Positions 19,129 through 29,587 of a stretch of DNA of 44,622 bases are shown here, in pieces. A model generated the notes under the pieces. It saw only the letters and a program-made list of their open reading frames with translations. It did no database searches and was not told the origin of the DNA. Each line of letters opens with the position of its first letter. Within the stretch, counting starts at the first letter, position 1. Location of the stretch: NCBI GenBank assembly GCA_019058015.1, contig JAHLWH010000104.1, positions 1 through 44,622 of the forward strand, read 5' to 3'. The translations under genes were made by a program, and so were the position numbers. This DNA comes from Promethearchaeota archaeon (lineage in GTDB: Archaea > Asgardarchaeota > Lokiarchaeia > Sigyniarchaeales > SOKP01).

Positions 19129-20616
19129 ATGAATGCTAATCAATATGAAAAAACTCCAATTAAGTTTGTAATGATAATTCCAAGTTTCTTCAATATTGAT
19201 GAAGATTATCAAAAACCTATTTATTATTATAATTTTCCTCTCGGACCATTGCAAATAATCGCTTTATTATTGGAGAGGAAATTAATAAAAGAAAAGATGC
19301 CAAAAATTATTGACATCCGACGTGAAGAAGAATTAAATCCTGATGGATATAAAATTTCCGAATATAAAAAAGATGAATTTAAAAAGTTTTTCAAGAAAAT
19401 TATAAGTAAATATGATCTTCTTGAATATGAGTTTATTGCACTAAGTTGCTATACTTCTGCCGCATATTTACAAACAAGGTTGATAGCCTCTATTTTAAAG
19501 GAACTAAAACCAGACATCAAAATAATTGTTGGTGGATACCATCCTTCTGCAGTTCCAAATGATTTTTTATTTCAAAATTCACCGTTTGATTTTGTAATAA
19601 GAGGTGAAGGAGAAAGTTTTTTTTTAGATTTATTAAGGAATGGTAATATAATTAAAACTCCAAACCCGAGAGTTATAACACCTGAACCAATAGATATAAA
19701 TTCCTTGCCATTCCCAGATTATCTTGGATATTTAGATATGTATGCCGATTTTAGCTCAAAAATGAATTTTGAACTTTTTGTATCAAGAGGTTGTCCCGGA
19801 AATTGTTACTTCTGTGGTAGTAATTTTAGATTTAGAAATTTAGAATATATTAAAGCAAAATTGTTTTTTACGGAACTATATAGTATTGCTCAAAAAAATG
19901 GCGTTAAAAGATTTAATTTCTCAGATCAATGTTTTAATGCACTAAAGTATAAATATAAATGGCTTGAATTAATAAAAAAGAACAAATTAAATGAGGATAT
20001 GGAGTTCTCTTGTCAAGCGAGAATCGATTACTTTAGTAAAAAGATGTTAAAAAAATTTCAAGAAGCAAATATGGTTGTAGGATATGGTCTCGAGTCTGTT
20101 TCTAAAGAAATGTTGGTTAGAATGAATAAAATATCAATAAAAAATGTTAATTCTTATATAAAAAAAACTCATGAGATAATAGAATTTTACAAACAGCACG
20201 CTAAAGTAAGATGCAGATTAAATCTTTTAATAGGTTATCCAGGAGAGACGAGAGAGACATTTTTTGAAACTGTGAATTATATAAATAATGATTCAATTCA
20301 TAGTTTGATTGATATAGGCCCAACACTTTATTCATTATACCCAAACTCATTTGTATATCAACATAAAAATGAATATGTTCAAAATTATGGAATTGAATTT
20401 ATAGATGAATATTGGAAAATTAAAAATTTGAACCCATTAAAAAGTTCAGTGATAAGACCTTCAAGAGATTACTCCAAAGAAGATATGATCCTAGATTATT
20501 TCACTGAATATAATAAAATTCTATATTTAAATGAGAGAGGGGGCAAGTTACTTAATAAAATTCAAAATCAAAAATGGAGAACTTTCTTTAAATCATGGTA
20601 TGATGAACTTCATTAA
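19129..20616 (+). CDS. B12-binding radical SAM protein
   Basis: FPLG, IIVGGYHPS, IRGEGE, SRGCPGNCYFC, GLES and IGYPGET motifs. Confidence 0.92.
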   Translation: MNANQYEKTPIKFVMIIPSFFNIDEDYQKPIYYYNFPLGPLQIIALLLERKLIKEKMPKIIDIRREEELNPDGYKISEYKKDEFKKFFKKIISKYDLLEYEFIALSCYTSAAYLQTRLIASILKELKPDIKIIVGGYHPSAVPNDFLFQNSPFDFVIRGEGESFFLDLLRNGNIIKTPNPRVITPEPIDINSLPFPDYLGYLDMYADFSSKMNFELFVSRGCPGNCYFCGSNFRFRNLEYIKAKLFFTELYSIAQKNGVKRFNFSDQCFNALKYKYKWLELIKKNKLNEDMEFSCQARIDYFSKKMLKKFQEANMVVGYGLESVSKEMLVRMNKISIKNVNSYIKKTHEIIEFYKQHAKVRCRLNLLIGYPGETRETFFETVNYINNDSIHSLIDIGPTLYSLYPNSFVYQHKNEYVQNYGIEFIDEYWKIKNLNPLKSSVIRPSRDYSKEDMILDYFTEYNKILYLNERGGKLLNKIQNQKWRTFFKSWYDELH

Positions 20617-20836
20617 ATTTGTAAGGGTAAAATAAAATATTCTTGGATTTCAAACTTCAAGGTAATTGTTTAATTCATTTTATTTATTCAATAAAGGCGG
20701 TTAGATGGTTATACAAAATAATAATAAACATTAAAAATTGAAAATTCATTTACAATATTGACTAACACGAATAATGTATATCAGTAAATAAACTCCTCAA
20801 ATTTAATCAAAATTAAAAGCTAAAAAGTTCTTTAAA

Positions 20837-23602
20837 ATGAAAGCAAAAGAGGAAATTCCATCAGAAATAAGTATAAAAATTGAAAGTAAAGATCTTGAAA
20901 GAATTGCAGAATTAGTTAAATCCGCAAATTATTGTTATGATTGCAATCGTTGTGTAAATGTGTGTCCAGTTTCTATATATGGACTTTTTTATCCAAGACA
21001 ACTTGTTAGTGACTTTTCAAATTTTTCAATTGAAGAAACAATTAATAATTCTAATATTTGGAGTTGTTTAACTTGCGGACAATGCGTAGAGTATTGCCCG
21101 ATGTCTAAAGAAAATGTCGGAGTAAATTTTTTTGATATTATTTTGAATCTTCGGAAGATCGCTACGGAATCTGAAAAATTGAAAGAGGAGAAATTGGAAT
21201 ATACAACGCATGGTAGGTTATATGCAAATTTACCTTATTTAATGGCAAATAATCAAATAGAATTCGAGAATAAACTCGGTTATTTGGATGATACAGGTTT
21301 AAAAGTGGCTAATAAGGGAGATATTGCATATTTCGTTGGTTGTATTCCATACATAGATAAGATATCCCCATGTAGAAGAGCGTGTCCAGCAGGTGTAGAT
21401 ATACAGGGTTATATCTCATTTATTAGAGAAGGAAAATTTCAAGAGTCGCTTGATTTAATAAGAAAGAGGATTCCCTTTCCGGGTGTGTGTGGACGAATTT
21501 GCCCTGCTCTTTGTGAAGATGTTTGTAATCGTGGGAATATAGATAAACCCGTTGCTATTAAAGCATTAAAAAGATTTGTTGCTGACTGGGAAATAAAAAA
21601 TGCCCCTTTAAAGAATATTATACCACCTAAACAAACTAAAAAAAAAGTAGCAATCATTGGTTCAGGACCATCTGGTATGACCGCAGCATATTACCTTGCA
21701 AAAAAGGGATATAAACCAACGGTATTTGAAGCATCACCATTTAAAGGAGGAATGTTAAGATTTGGTGTTCCAGAATACCGTTTGCCCCAAAGAATCTTAG
21801 ATTATGAAATTGAATATATTGAAAAGAGCGGTGTTGAAATTAAAACAAATACACCAATAGGACCAAAACTGACGTTTGAAGATTTAAAAAAAATGGGCTA
21901 TGAAGCTATTTTTATTTCAATAGGGCTTCAATATAGCAGAAGAATGAGAATAGGGGGAGATGATCTTAAAAATGTTATCGGAGGTATAGAATATCTTAAA
22001 AATTATAAATTATCAGATAAAACCTCAAAAAAATTTGAAGTGAAAGTTAAAGATAAAATAGTTGGAGTTGTAGGTGGCGGAAATGTTGCTATGGACGCCG
22101 CAAGAACTTCTGTGAGATTAGGTGCTAAAAAAGTAATTCTCATTTATCGACGATCAGAAAAAGAAATGCCCGCATCGAAAGAAGAGATTGAAATGGCAAA
22201 AGAAGAGAATATTGAATTTCAATTTTTAACTAATCCAGTAAGAATTTTAGGGGATAAAAATGGTAATATTTCTGAAGTTGAATGTATCCGGATGAAACTT
22301 GGAGAACCTGATAGTTCAGGTAGAAAAAGACCTATTCCTATTGAAGGTTCTGAAATCAAAATGAAAGTTAATGTTTTAATACTTGCAATAGGTCAGGCAG
22401 CTGACCATGAACCTGTATTAGCTGCTGAACATAAATTAGCAATTGATAAAAGAGGTAGTATTCAAATCGATAAATTAATTTTAGAGACAAATATTCCTGG
22501 TGTTTTTGCTGGAGGAGATATAATAGGTGGTGAGGGAATAGTCATTAGAGCAATAGCGAATGGATACGAAGCAGCCATTTCAATTGATCGATATCTCAGA
22601 GGTGTTGATCTAAAAGAAGATAGGTTCTTTAGAGAAGATTTAAGACCCGCTGCTCTACCTAAAAAACAAATTGAAGTCTCCCAAAGAAGAGAGATGCCAA
22701 TAATTCCAGTAGAAGAAAGAATAAAATCTTTTAATGAATGTGAAATTGGACTTTCGGAAGAAGACGCAATTCAAGAAGCTCATAGATGTGTTTTATGTAA
22801 TATGTGTTCTAATTGTGATTTACCTCATGATTTATTACAAGAATCGCTTGAAAAGGGGCAGAAATTTAAATGTGTTTATGGAAAACAATCATTTTATGAT
22901 TCTGCTGATAAAATAGATTATTTAAGAGTTCCAAAAACTGTAATAGGTATTTTAAATCAAAATGGAATAATTCCTGTAGTTTTAGAGGATGAAAAATGTT
23001 GCGGACATGATAATTATTGGACAGGTGATATGGATACTTTCGAAAAACTTGCAAAACATAATGTGCATTTATTTAAAAATGCTGGAGTAAAAACTATAAT
23101 TTGTAATTGCGCAGAAGGATATTATATGTGGAAATTTGTATATAAAGATCTTTTTAAAGAAAATAATGATTTTAATTTTGAAGTCTATCATATTAGTGAA
23201 TATATTCTAAAAGAAGGATTATTAGATAATTTAAAACTCCCTAATTCTGATAAAATTTTAGTTACTTACCATGATCCTTGTAGACTTGGAAGAATGAGTA
23301 AAGTTTATGATGCTCCCCGTGAAATATTGAATAAAATTCCATTTGTCGAATTAGTAGAAATGAAAAACAATAAAGAGGATGCTCTTTGTTGCGGTGTCGC
23401 TGCTAATTTGTCTTGCAATATTTACTCAAAAAAAATACAAGGCGAGAGAATTAATCAAGCTATTGAAACTGGCGCAAAATATATGATTCTTAATTGCCCA
23501 AAATGTTTAACTCACTTTAATTGCTATTTACATGAAAATCCAGCAATAGATTTTAAAGTTATGTGTTTAATCACTTTCCTTGGTATGCTATATCGTTATT
23601 AA
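20837..23602 (+). CDS. HdrD-like (ferredoxin + CCG) protein with inserted GltD/NfnB-like FAD/NAD(P) oxidoreductase
   Basis: CYDCNRCVNVCP, CLTCGQCVEYCP, YFVGC; insert with CRRACPAG, CGRICP..CE..C, IGSGPSG, GGGNVAMD, YRR, FAGGD; then KCCGH, YHDPC.LGR, LCCG, CPKC. Confidence 0.88.
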   Translation: MKAKEEIPSEISIKIESKDLERIAELVKSANYCYDCNRCVNVCPVSIYGLFYPRQLVSDFSNFSIEETINNSNIWSCLTCGQCVEYCPMSKENVGVNFFDIILNLRKIATESEKLKEEKLEYTTHGRLYANLPYLMANNQIEFENKLGYLDDTGLKVANKGDIAYFVGCIPYIDKISPCRRACPAGVDIQGYISFIREGKFQESLDLIRKRIPFPGVCGRICPALCEDVCNRGNIDKPVAIKALKRFVADWEIKNAPLKNIIPPKQTKKKVAIIGSGPSGMTAAYYLAKKGYKPTVFEASPFKGGMLRFGVPEYRLPQRILDYEIEYIEKSGVEIKTNTPIGPKLTFEDLKKMGYEAIFISIGLQYSRRMRIGGDDLKNVIGGIEYLKNYKLSDKTSKKFEVKVKDKIVGVVGGGNVAMDAARTSVRLGAKKVILIYRRSEKEMPASKEEIEMAKEENIEFQFLTNPVRILGDKNGNISEVECIRMKLGEPDSSGRKRPIPIEGSEIKMKVNVLILAIGQAADHEPVLAAEHKLAIDKRGSIQIDKLILETNIPGVFAGGDIIGGEGIVIRAIANGYEAAISIDRYLRGVDLKEDRFFREDLRPAALPKKQIEVSQRREMPIIPVEERIKSFNECEIGLSEEDAIQEAHRCVLCNMCSNCDLPHDLLQESLEKGQKFKCVYGKQSFYDSADKIDYLRVPKTVIGILNQNGIIPVVLEDEKCCGHDNYWTGDMDTFEKLAKHNVHLFKNAGVKTIICNCAEGYYMWKFVYKDLFKENNDFNFEVYHISEYILKEGLLDNLKLPNSDKILVTYHDPCRLGRMSKVYDAPREILNKIPFVELVEMKNNKEDALCCGVAANLSCNIYSKKIQGERINQAIETGAKYMILNCPKCLTHFNCYLHENPAIDFKVMCLITFLGMLYRY

Positions 23603-23845
23603 TTATTTCTCTATTTTCCTTTCTTAATATATCCTATTAATTAACAGTTTGCAAGAAAATATCTGATTTTACCATATAATTAACAAATTAGTCTTTTGTA
23701 AAAATTAATTTAATTTAATAATGATTAACAATAAATCTTAATTATTATATATTTCAAATGTAAATTATTATCATACGACATTCTTCTATAGAGAAATGTC
23801 TAAGTTAATAACATTTGTAAAGAAAGTAAAAAAAAGTGTAGAAAT

Positions 23846-25717
23846 ATGACTTTAGAAGGATATACACAAGAAAGAGTTAATATTCATTTAGATACGGGCA
23901 AAATTGAAAGGGGCTCAATTTCGGAAGAATTTTGCATTAACTGGATTGGTGGATACGGTTTTGGCGCAAAGGTATTGTGGGATGAATTAAAACCTGGTAC
24001 TGATCCATTAAGTCCTGATAATATTTTAGTATGGGCAATTGGACCATATCCCGGAACTTTTCTACCCACAAGTTCTAAATATGGACTTTTTGCTAAATCC
24101 CCCCTTACTGGACTTTTCGGTATGGCAATATCTTCAGGAAGCATTGCCCAACAAGCAAGAAGAGCTGGTCACAACTTAATTGTATTTTATGGTAAAGCAG
24201 AAGAACCTGTATATATCATGTTTGATGATGGAGATATCCAAATTCTCCCATGTAAGGAGATTGATCTATGGGGAAAGGGTGCTTGGACATCTGATGAGAT
24301 ATTGAAGGAACATTTTCATGACTCAAGACTCTCTGTAGCTGGAATTGGACCAGCAGGAGAAAAACTTTCTAAAATTGCATGTGTTACAAATGATAGAAAC
24401 AGACAAGCAGGAAGAACTGGAATGGGTTGCGTGATGGGGTCAAAAAATCTTAAAGCTATATGTTTTAGAGGAACTAAAAGCATTAAAGTTGCAGACCCAA
24501 AAAAGTTTTATGAATTAGGAAAAGATTTCGTTAAGCGCTCAATTGGAACAGCTACTTCTAAATATAGAGAATATGGGACACCAAGTGGATTGGTTTCATA
24601 CAATGACATGGGAATGCTTGGAAATTACAATTTTAGAGAAGGTTATTTTGATAAAATGGATAAATTCTCAGGACAGTGGCTTGATGAAAATTTAGTTGTG
24701 AAAAAAGTTGCGTGTAGTCAATGCCCAGTGGCATGTGATCATTTAGCAAGGGTTCCTAAGGATCATCCTCTATGGGCAGGAGCAGTTGGAAGTATGGATA
24801 TCGAAAATATATACTCATTAGGGTCAAACTGTGGTCATAATGATTGGTACGCGATAATTAAAGCCATAACACTTTGTGATGACTTAGGAATGGATACTAT
24901 TTCAGCTGGAACAACAGTAGCTTTTGGCATGGAATGTTTTGAAAAAGGAATCATCAAAAAAGAAGATGTTGGATACGATCTATCATTTGGAAATGGAGAA
25001 GCAGTAGTAAAAATGATTGAAGAAATGGGAAATAGAAGTAGTAAAATCGGTGATATTCTTTCCGATGGAAGTCGTGTTGCCGCTCAAAAACTTGGAGGAG
25101 ATGCAATGAAATATTCTATGCAAGTTAAAGGTCTTGAATTCCCAATGTTCGATATTCATGGTATGTCAAGTTTTGCTGTAGGAGTAAGCGTCTCAATAAG
25201 AGGAGCATGCCACTTGCGAAATGCAGCATATGGATTGGACGCTAAAGGGAAATTCGATCGTTTTACATATGACAAACCATTAGAACGAGGTAAAGCAATT
25301 AAAGCTGTTGAAGATGAATACGCCGTAATCGATTCTCTTATAATTTGTAAATTCACCAGAGGCATATATGCAGATAAACAAGACCATTGTGATATCTATA
25401 AAACTGTAACTGGATATGATATGACTCCAGAAAAATTAATGCTTGATGGCGAAGCAATCCTTAATTTATCAAAGTGTTTCAATATCAGAGCAGGCGCAAC
25501 TAAAGCGGATGATTACCCACCCGAAAGATTCTTTACTGAAGCACCAACAAGAGGTCCAGCAAAAGGTGTTACACTTAAAAAAGCAGGATATACTAAGGTT
25601 TTGGAAGGATATTATGAAGCAAGGGGTTGGGATAAAGAAGGCGTACCTACTGATGAAACACTAAAACGATTGGGGTTAGATTTTGTAATTGGAAAACTAA
25701 AAGGAGGTAAAAAATAA
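23846..25717 (+). CDS. aor: Aldehyde:ferredoxin oxidoreductase (W/Mo-pterin AOR family)
   Basis: KSPLTG, IGPAGE, AGRTGMG.VMGSKNLKAI, CSQCPVAC, DDLGMDTIS, VKGLE, RGACH and YY.ARGW motifs. Confidence 0.95.
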   Translation: MTLEGYTQERVNIHLDTGKIERGSISEEFCINWIGGYGFGAKVLWDELKPGTDPLSPDNILVWAIGPYPGTFLPTSSKYGLFAKSPLTGLFGMAISSGSIAQQARRAGHNLIVFYGKAEEPVYIMFDDGDIQILPCKEIDLWGKGAWTSDEILKEHFHDSRLSVAGIGPAGEKLSKIACVTNDRNRQAGRTGMGCVMGSKNLKAICFRGTKSIKVADPKKFYELGKDFVKRSIGTATSKYREYGTPSGLVSYNDMGMLGNYNFREGYFDKMDKFSGQWLDENLVVKKVACSQCPVACDHLARVPKDHPLWAGAVGSMDIENIYSLGSNCGHNDWYAIIKAITLCDDLGMDTISAGTTVAFGMECFEKGIIKKEDVGYDLSFGNGEAVVKMIEEMGNRSSKIGDILSDGSRVAAQKLGGDAMKYSMQVKGLEFPMFDIHGMSSFAVGVSVSIRGACHLRNAAYGLDAKGKFDRFTYDKPLERGKAIKAVEDEYAVIDSLIICKFTRGIYADKQDHCDIYKTVTGYDMTPEKLMLDGEAILNLSKCFNIRAGATKADDYPPERFFTEAPTRGPAKGVTLKKAGYTKVLEGYYEARGWDKEGVPTDETLKRLGLDFVIGKLKGGKK

Positions 25718-26214
25718 TGCCAAGACATGAATTTATTGTTGTTGATCCAGATAAATGTATTGGTTGCGAACTTTGTGAAACAGTTTGTTCATTTGTGCAT
25801 GATGGTGAATTTAACCCACTTCATTCCAGAATTAAGAGAGTTCGTATTGAACCGATAATCAATATTTCTCTATCTTGCCAGAAATGCGAGGACCCTGATT
25901 GTGTCAATGCTTGCCCACAAAAAGCATTAGAAAAGAGCGAGAAAAATGGATCAATTTTAGTTGATGAAGATAAATGCACTGGTTGTGCTTTTTGTATTCG
26001 TGCTTGCCCTTTTGGAGCAGTGTCTATGAGTACCGAAACTGGGAAAGTTTTAATTTGTGATTTATGTGAATCTATTGAATATGAAGAGCCACAATGTATA
26101 GAATTTTGTTCTAGAGAAGCTATTTCCTTAAAGACTGTTGATCAAGTGGGAGATGAAAAACGTATCGATGCCGTTAAAAGACTTTTAACAGAAATGCTAG
26201 CAGAGTCAAAATAA
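25717..26214 (+). CDS. 4Fe-4S dicluster electron-transfer subunit (AOR partner)
   Basis: CIGCELCETVC, CQKC..PDCVNACP, CTGCAFCIRACP and CDLC motifs; TAATG 1-nt overlap with aor. Confidence 0.93.
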   Translation: MPRHEFIVVDPDKCIGCELCETVCSFVHDGEFNPLHSRIKRVRIEPIINISLSCQKCEDPDCVNACPQKALEKSEKNGSILVDEDKCTGCAFCIRACPFGAVSMSTETGKVLICDLCESIEYEEPQCIEFCSREAISLKTVDQVGDEKRIDAVKRLLTEMLAESK

Positions 26215-26393
26215 TTTTTTATCTTTATTTTTTTTCTTATTCTTTTATTTTGAAATTGATTAGATAAGAATTTTTCTTTAATAAAAAACTGATATCAAAA
26301 TCTTATCGTTTTTAAAAATTAAAATAAAAAAATTTGAATTAAATTAAAAGCTAAGAATTTTAGAAAAATTTCAATATAATGTTTTAGTGAAAT

Positions 26394-28085
26394 TTAATAA
26401 ATTTCATCTTCTCCTCTTTTTTTGGCTTCCTCATCCTTTAAATCCTTTCGAAGTACCTTTCCTACTAATGTTTCAGGCAGTTCTTTTCTAAATTGGATGA
26501 TTTTAGGGACTTTATACGGAGATAGACTTTGCCTGCAGAATTCTCTTATTTCATTCACCAATTCATCACTTTCCTTATAACCATCTTTTAACACAACATA
26601 GGCTTTTACCTTTTCACTACCTGGATTGTCTGGATTAGGTATTCCTATAGTAGCGGCGTTTGCAATGGCTTCATGTTCAAATAGGATATCTTCAACTTCT
26701 CTTGGGTACACTTTAAATCCACTAACGATGATCATATCTTTCTTTCTGTCTACTATATAAAAGTATCCCTCCTCGTCCATTTTTCCTATATCTCCAGTTA
26801 AAAGCCAATCACCTTTTTTTTGATTAGCCGTTTCCTCAGGTTTATTCCAATATCCTTTCATAATTTGAGGTCCTTTCATCATTATCTCTCCCGATTCACC
26901 TATAGGCATAATCTTAGTATAATCATCAACATCTACAATTTTAACTTCGGTATCAGGAATCGGAAGCCCAACGGAACCAATTTTTCTTGTTCCTTGTATC
27001 GGATTAACATGTGTTACAGGCGAGGTTTCAGTCAATCCGTATCCTTCAATTATCTTGCCTCCCGTTCTTTCTTCAAACTCTTTAAGAACTTCGGGTGGCA
27101 TAGGTGCAGCACCTGTATTGCAGATTCTGATAGATTTTAGATCTTTAGCATAATCTTCCAGGTCATCTCGTTCTAATAAACGCATGTACATTGTTGGTAC
27201 GCCAGGAAACATTGCTGGTTTAGTTGATCGAATTATTTCAAATAAAGATTTCTCATCACGAGGGTCAGGATTTAAAGCGATAGTACTAGCATTATATATT
27301 AGAGAATTCATACAAACAGTCATTCCATAAATATGGAATAACGGTAAATTGGTGAGTGCCGTATCTTTCCCCCTTTGTATCTCCGAAGACATCCATGCAT
27401 TAGTAGCAACACAATTCGATACAAGGTTATAATGTGTAAGCATTGCACCTTTAGGTAAACCAGTTGTTCCTCCAGTATATTGGAGCACACAAATATCCTC
27501 TTTAGCATTAGTCTCAAATTTTGGTAAGTTTGGCTTTGTATCATTTATTAATCTTACAAATTGTATAGTTCCAGCTATTTCTGGTGGATTTCTCGGAGCG
27601 TTTGGAATATAATCCATTGCATTAGTAATAATTACATGCCTAAGTCGTGTTCTATCTCTAATTTTATTAATTTTATCAAGTTGTCCATCCCATGCAATAA
27701 TTATTTCTGCACCAGAATCATTTAATTGGTATGCCAATTCAGGTTCTGTATGGAGAACGCTACATGCTGTGACGATTCCACCTGCTTTTTGGATACCATA
27801 AAAACTAAAGAGAAATTGAGGAAAATTTGGAATCATAATCGCAACAATATCACCTTTCTTTACACCTAAATCAACGAGAGCTGTAGCAAGTCTATCAGCA
27901 ATATCTTTAAATTCATTATAAGTTATTTTTCTCTTCATAAACCAAATTGCGGTTTTTCGTCCGAAATCTTTAGTGGCATCATCAAGAAATTTATAAATAT
28001 TATACTCCGGGTAATCTATTTGAGAAGGGACATCTTTATCATAAAACTTTAACCATGGCTTCTTTGCATATGGGTTTTCACTCAT
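26394..28085 (-). CDS. Long-chain fatty acid-CoA ligase (FadD/LcfA-like)
   Basis: QYTGGTTGLPKG, LPLFHIYG, EGYGLTE, TGDIG..DRKKDMI and GKVLR motifs. Confidence 0.95.
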   Translation of the reverse strand: MSENPYAKKPWLKFYDKDVPSQIDYPEYNIYKFLDDATKDFGRKTAIWFMKRKITYNEFKDIADRLATALVDLGVKKGDIVAIMIPNFPQFLFSFYGIQKAGGIVTACSVLHTEPELAYQLNDSGAEIIIAWDGQLDKINKIRDRTRLRHVIITNAMDYIPNAPRNPPEIAGTIQFVRLINDTKPNLPKFETNAKEDICVLQYTGGTTGLPKGAMLTHYNLVSNCVATNAWMSSEIQRGKDTALTNLPLFHIYGMTVCMNSLIYNASTIALNPDPRDEKSLFEIIRSTKPAMFPGVPTMYMRLLERDDLEDYAKDLKSIRICNTGAAPMPPEVLKEFEERTGGKIIEGYGLTETSPVTHVNPIQGTRKIGSVGLPIPDTEVKIVDVDDYTKIMPIGESGEIMMKGPQIMKGYWNKPEETANQKKGDWLLTGDIGKMDEEGYFYIVDRKKDMIIVSGFKVYPREVEDILFEHEAIANAATIGIPNPDNPGSEKVKAYVVLKDGYKESDELVNEIREFCRQSLSPYKVPKIIQFRKELPETLVGKVLRKDLKDEEAKKRGEDEIY

Positions 28086-28235
28086 TTTTTAAGTTTTACC
28101 TCTTATACTGTTATTTTATTTTAATGATAGGTATTAATTTAATATTTAATTAAAGACAAATAAATAGTTTTACTTATATAAAAAAACAATAAAAAATGAA
28201 TACATCTATATTTTATTTAAAATCAATAATTTTTT

Positions 28236-29576
28236 TTATTTTTCTGTAATATTATCAAGCGCATTTAAAGCAGATTCACTCACATAGTCGAATTTATCAT
28301 GTTCTAAATTTTTTAATCCGGTGATAACTTCTTGATTATCAACACCAATTTTTCCTAAGGCTTCAGAAGCTCTCCATCTAACATCAGGTTTCTTATCTTT
28401 TAATGACTCAATTAAAGCAGGAACTATTTTAGCAGCAAATAGACCAATATTCCCTAGAGAAAGTGCCGCTTCTCGTCTTACTATACTTTTTGAATCATTT
28501 AAAGCTTCTTGTAGAGCAATTATAGCATCTTCTGAATTTAGACCTATTCTTCCTAATGCTCTTGAAGCTTCTACCCGAACTGAACTTTTCGAATCCTTAA
28601 ATGATTCAATCAAACTTGGGATTGCAGCTGTTGCATTAATACCCATTCCCCCAATTGCAGAAATAATAAGAATTCTCATTTCCTTATTTGCTACTTTAAG
28701 TTCTTTGATTAAAGTAGAAATTGCTTCTTTACCGATACTACGAAGTGCATCAGCAGCTTTTCCACGAACATATTCAACCTTGTCATGTAGTAAAAATGAT
28801 AATTTTTCAAGTATTTCGGGATTAGCAAGTTTTAATTCTCCTAAAGCCTCAATTGCGCCCTTTCTAACGATAGGGTTTTTAGAATTTATAACTTCCAAAA
28901 TGGCTGGAACTGATTCTTCCCCTATCATTGCAAGGGTATCAATAACTCGATATCGTACCCTCCAATCTGGATCTTCAAGTGCCACTATAAGAGATGGAAT
29001 TGCTCTTGTAGAACCTTCACCAATCCTGCTTATTGCATGAGCAGAGGCATTTCTAACAGCCCAACCTATATCTTTTAGGCTATTCATTAAGTCGGGAATA
29101 GCATTATAGGCATCAGGACCTATTTTTCCAAGTGATTTAGCGGCTTCTGTTCGAATTTCTTCATTTTCATCATTTAGACTATTCATCAAATTAGATATTG
29201 ATTCTTGACTAGCGAAACCTATTTTTCCAAGAGAAATCACAACTTCTTTTCGAATCGACATTTCTTTATTATTAATATACCTACATAACTCGGGGATGGC
29301 ATCTTTTGCTGGAGCTCCTATTTTTCCTAATGATCGCGCAACTTCACGACATATACTCCAATCGTCATCTGCTAAACATTCCGCTAGATTGGATACTCCC
29401 AAGGTGGCTTTTTGACCAACTTCACCTAGTGCTAATACAGCATTAAATCGAATTGATCTAATCTCACTTTTTAAATATCTGATTATATCATTTATAACAG
29501 ATGGATCTTTTTCAACCCGTGCAACCACCAAATCAACTTTAGCATCTCTTAACAATTTTTCTATAGGTGCTGACAT
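28236..29576 (-). CDS. HEAT (PBS-lyase-type) repeat protein
   Basis: Roughly 13 tandem ~31-33-aa repeats, consensus L.D....VR..AA.ALG.IG; GGAGG RBS. Confidence 0.93.
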   Translation of the reverse strand: MSAPIEKLLRDAKVDLVVARVEKDPSVINDIIRYLKSEIRSIRFNAVLALGEVGQKATLGVSNLAECLADDDWSICREVARSLGKIGAPAKDAIPELCRYINNKEMSIRKEVVISLGKIGFASQESISNLMNSLNDENEEIRTEAAKSLGKIGPDAYNAIPDLMNSLKDIGWAVRNASAHAISRIGEGSTRAIPSLIVALEDPDWRVRYRVIDTLAMIGEESVPAILEVINSKNPIVRKGAIEALGELKLANPEILEKLSFLLHDKVEYVRGKAADALRSIGKEAISTLIKELKVANKEMRILIISAIGGMGINATAAIPSLIESFKDSKSSVRVEASRALGRIGLNSEDAIIALQEALNDSKSIVRREAALSLGNIGLFAAKIVPALIESLKDKKPDVRWRASEALGKIGVDNQEVITGLKNLEHDKFDYVSESALNALDNITEK

Positions 29577-29587
29577 TTTTAACCTCC

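Noticed and set aside
16259-26214. Selenocysteine (in-frame TGA) in the Fe-S/Hdr-like or AOR genes
   Set aside because: These ORFs appear complete, with Cys at the motif positions and no interrupted frames.
28236-29576. HEAT repeats as a DNA repeat array or a eukaryotic-signature protein
   Set aside because: The periodicity is at protein level with diverged codons, and PBS-lyase-type HEAT repeats are common in prokaryotes.
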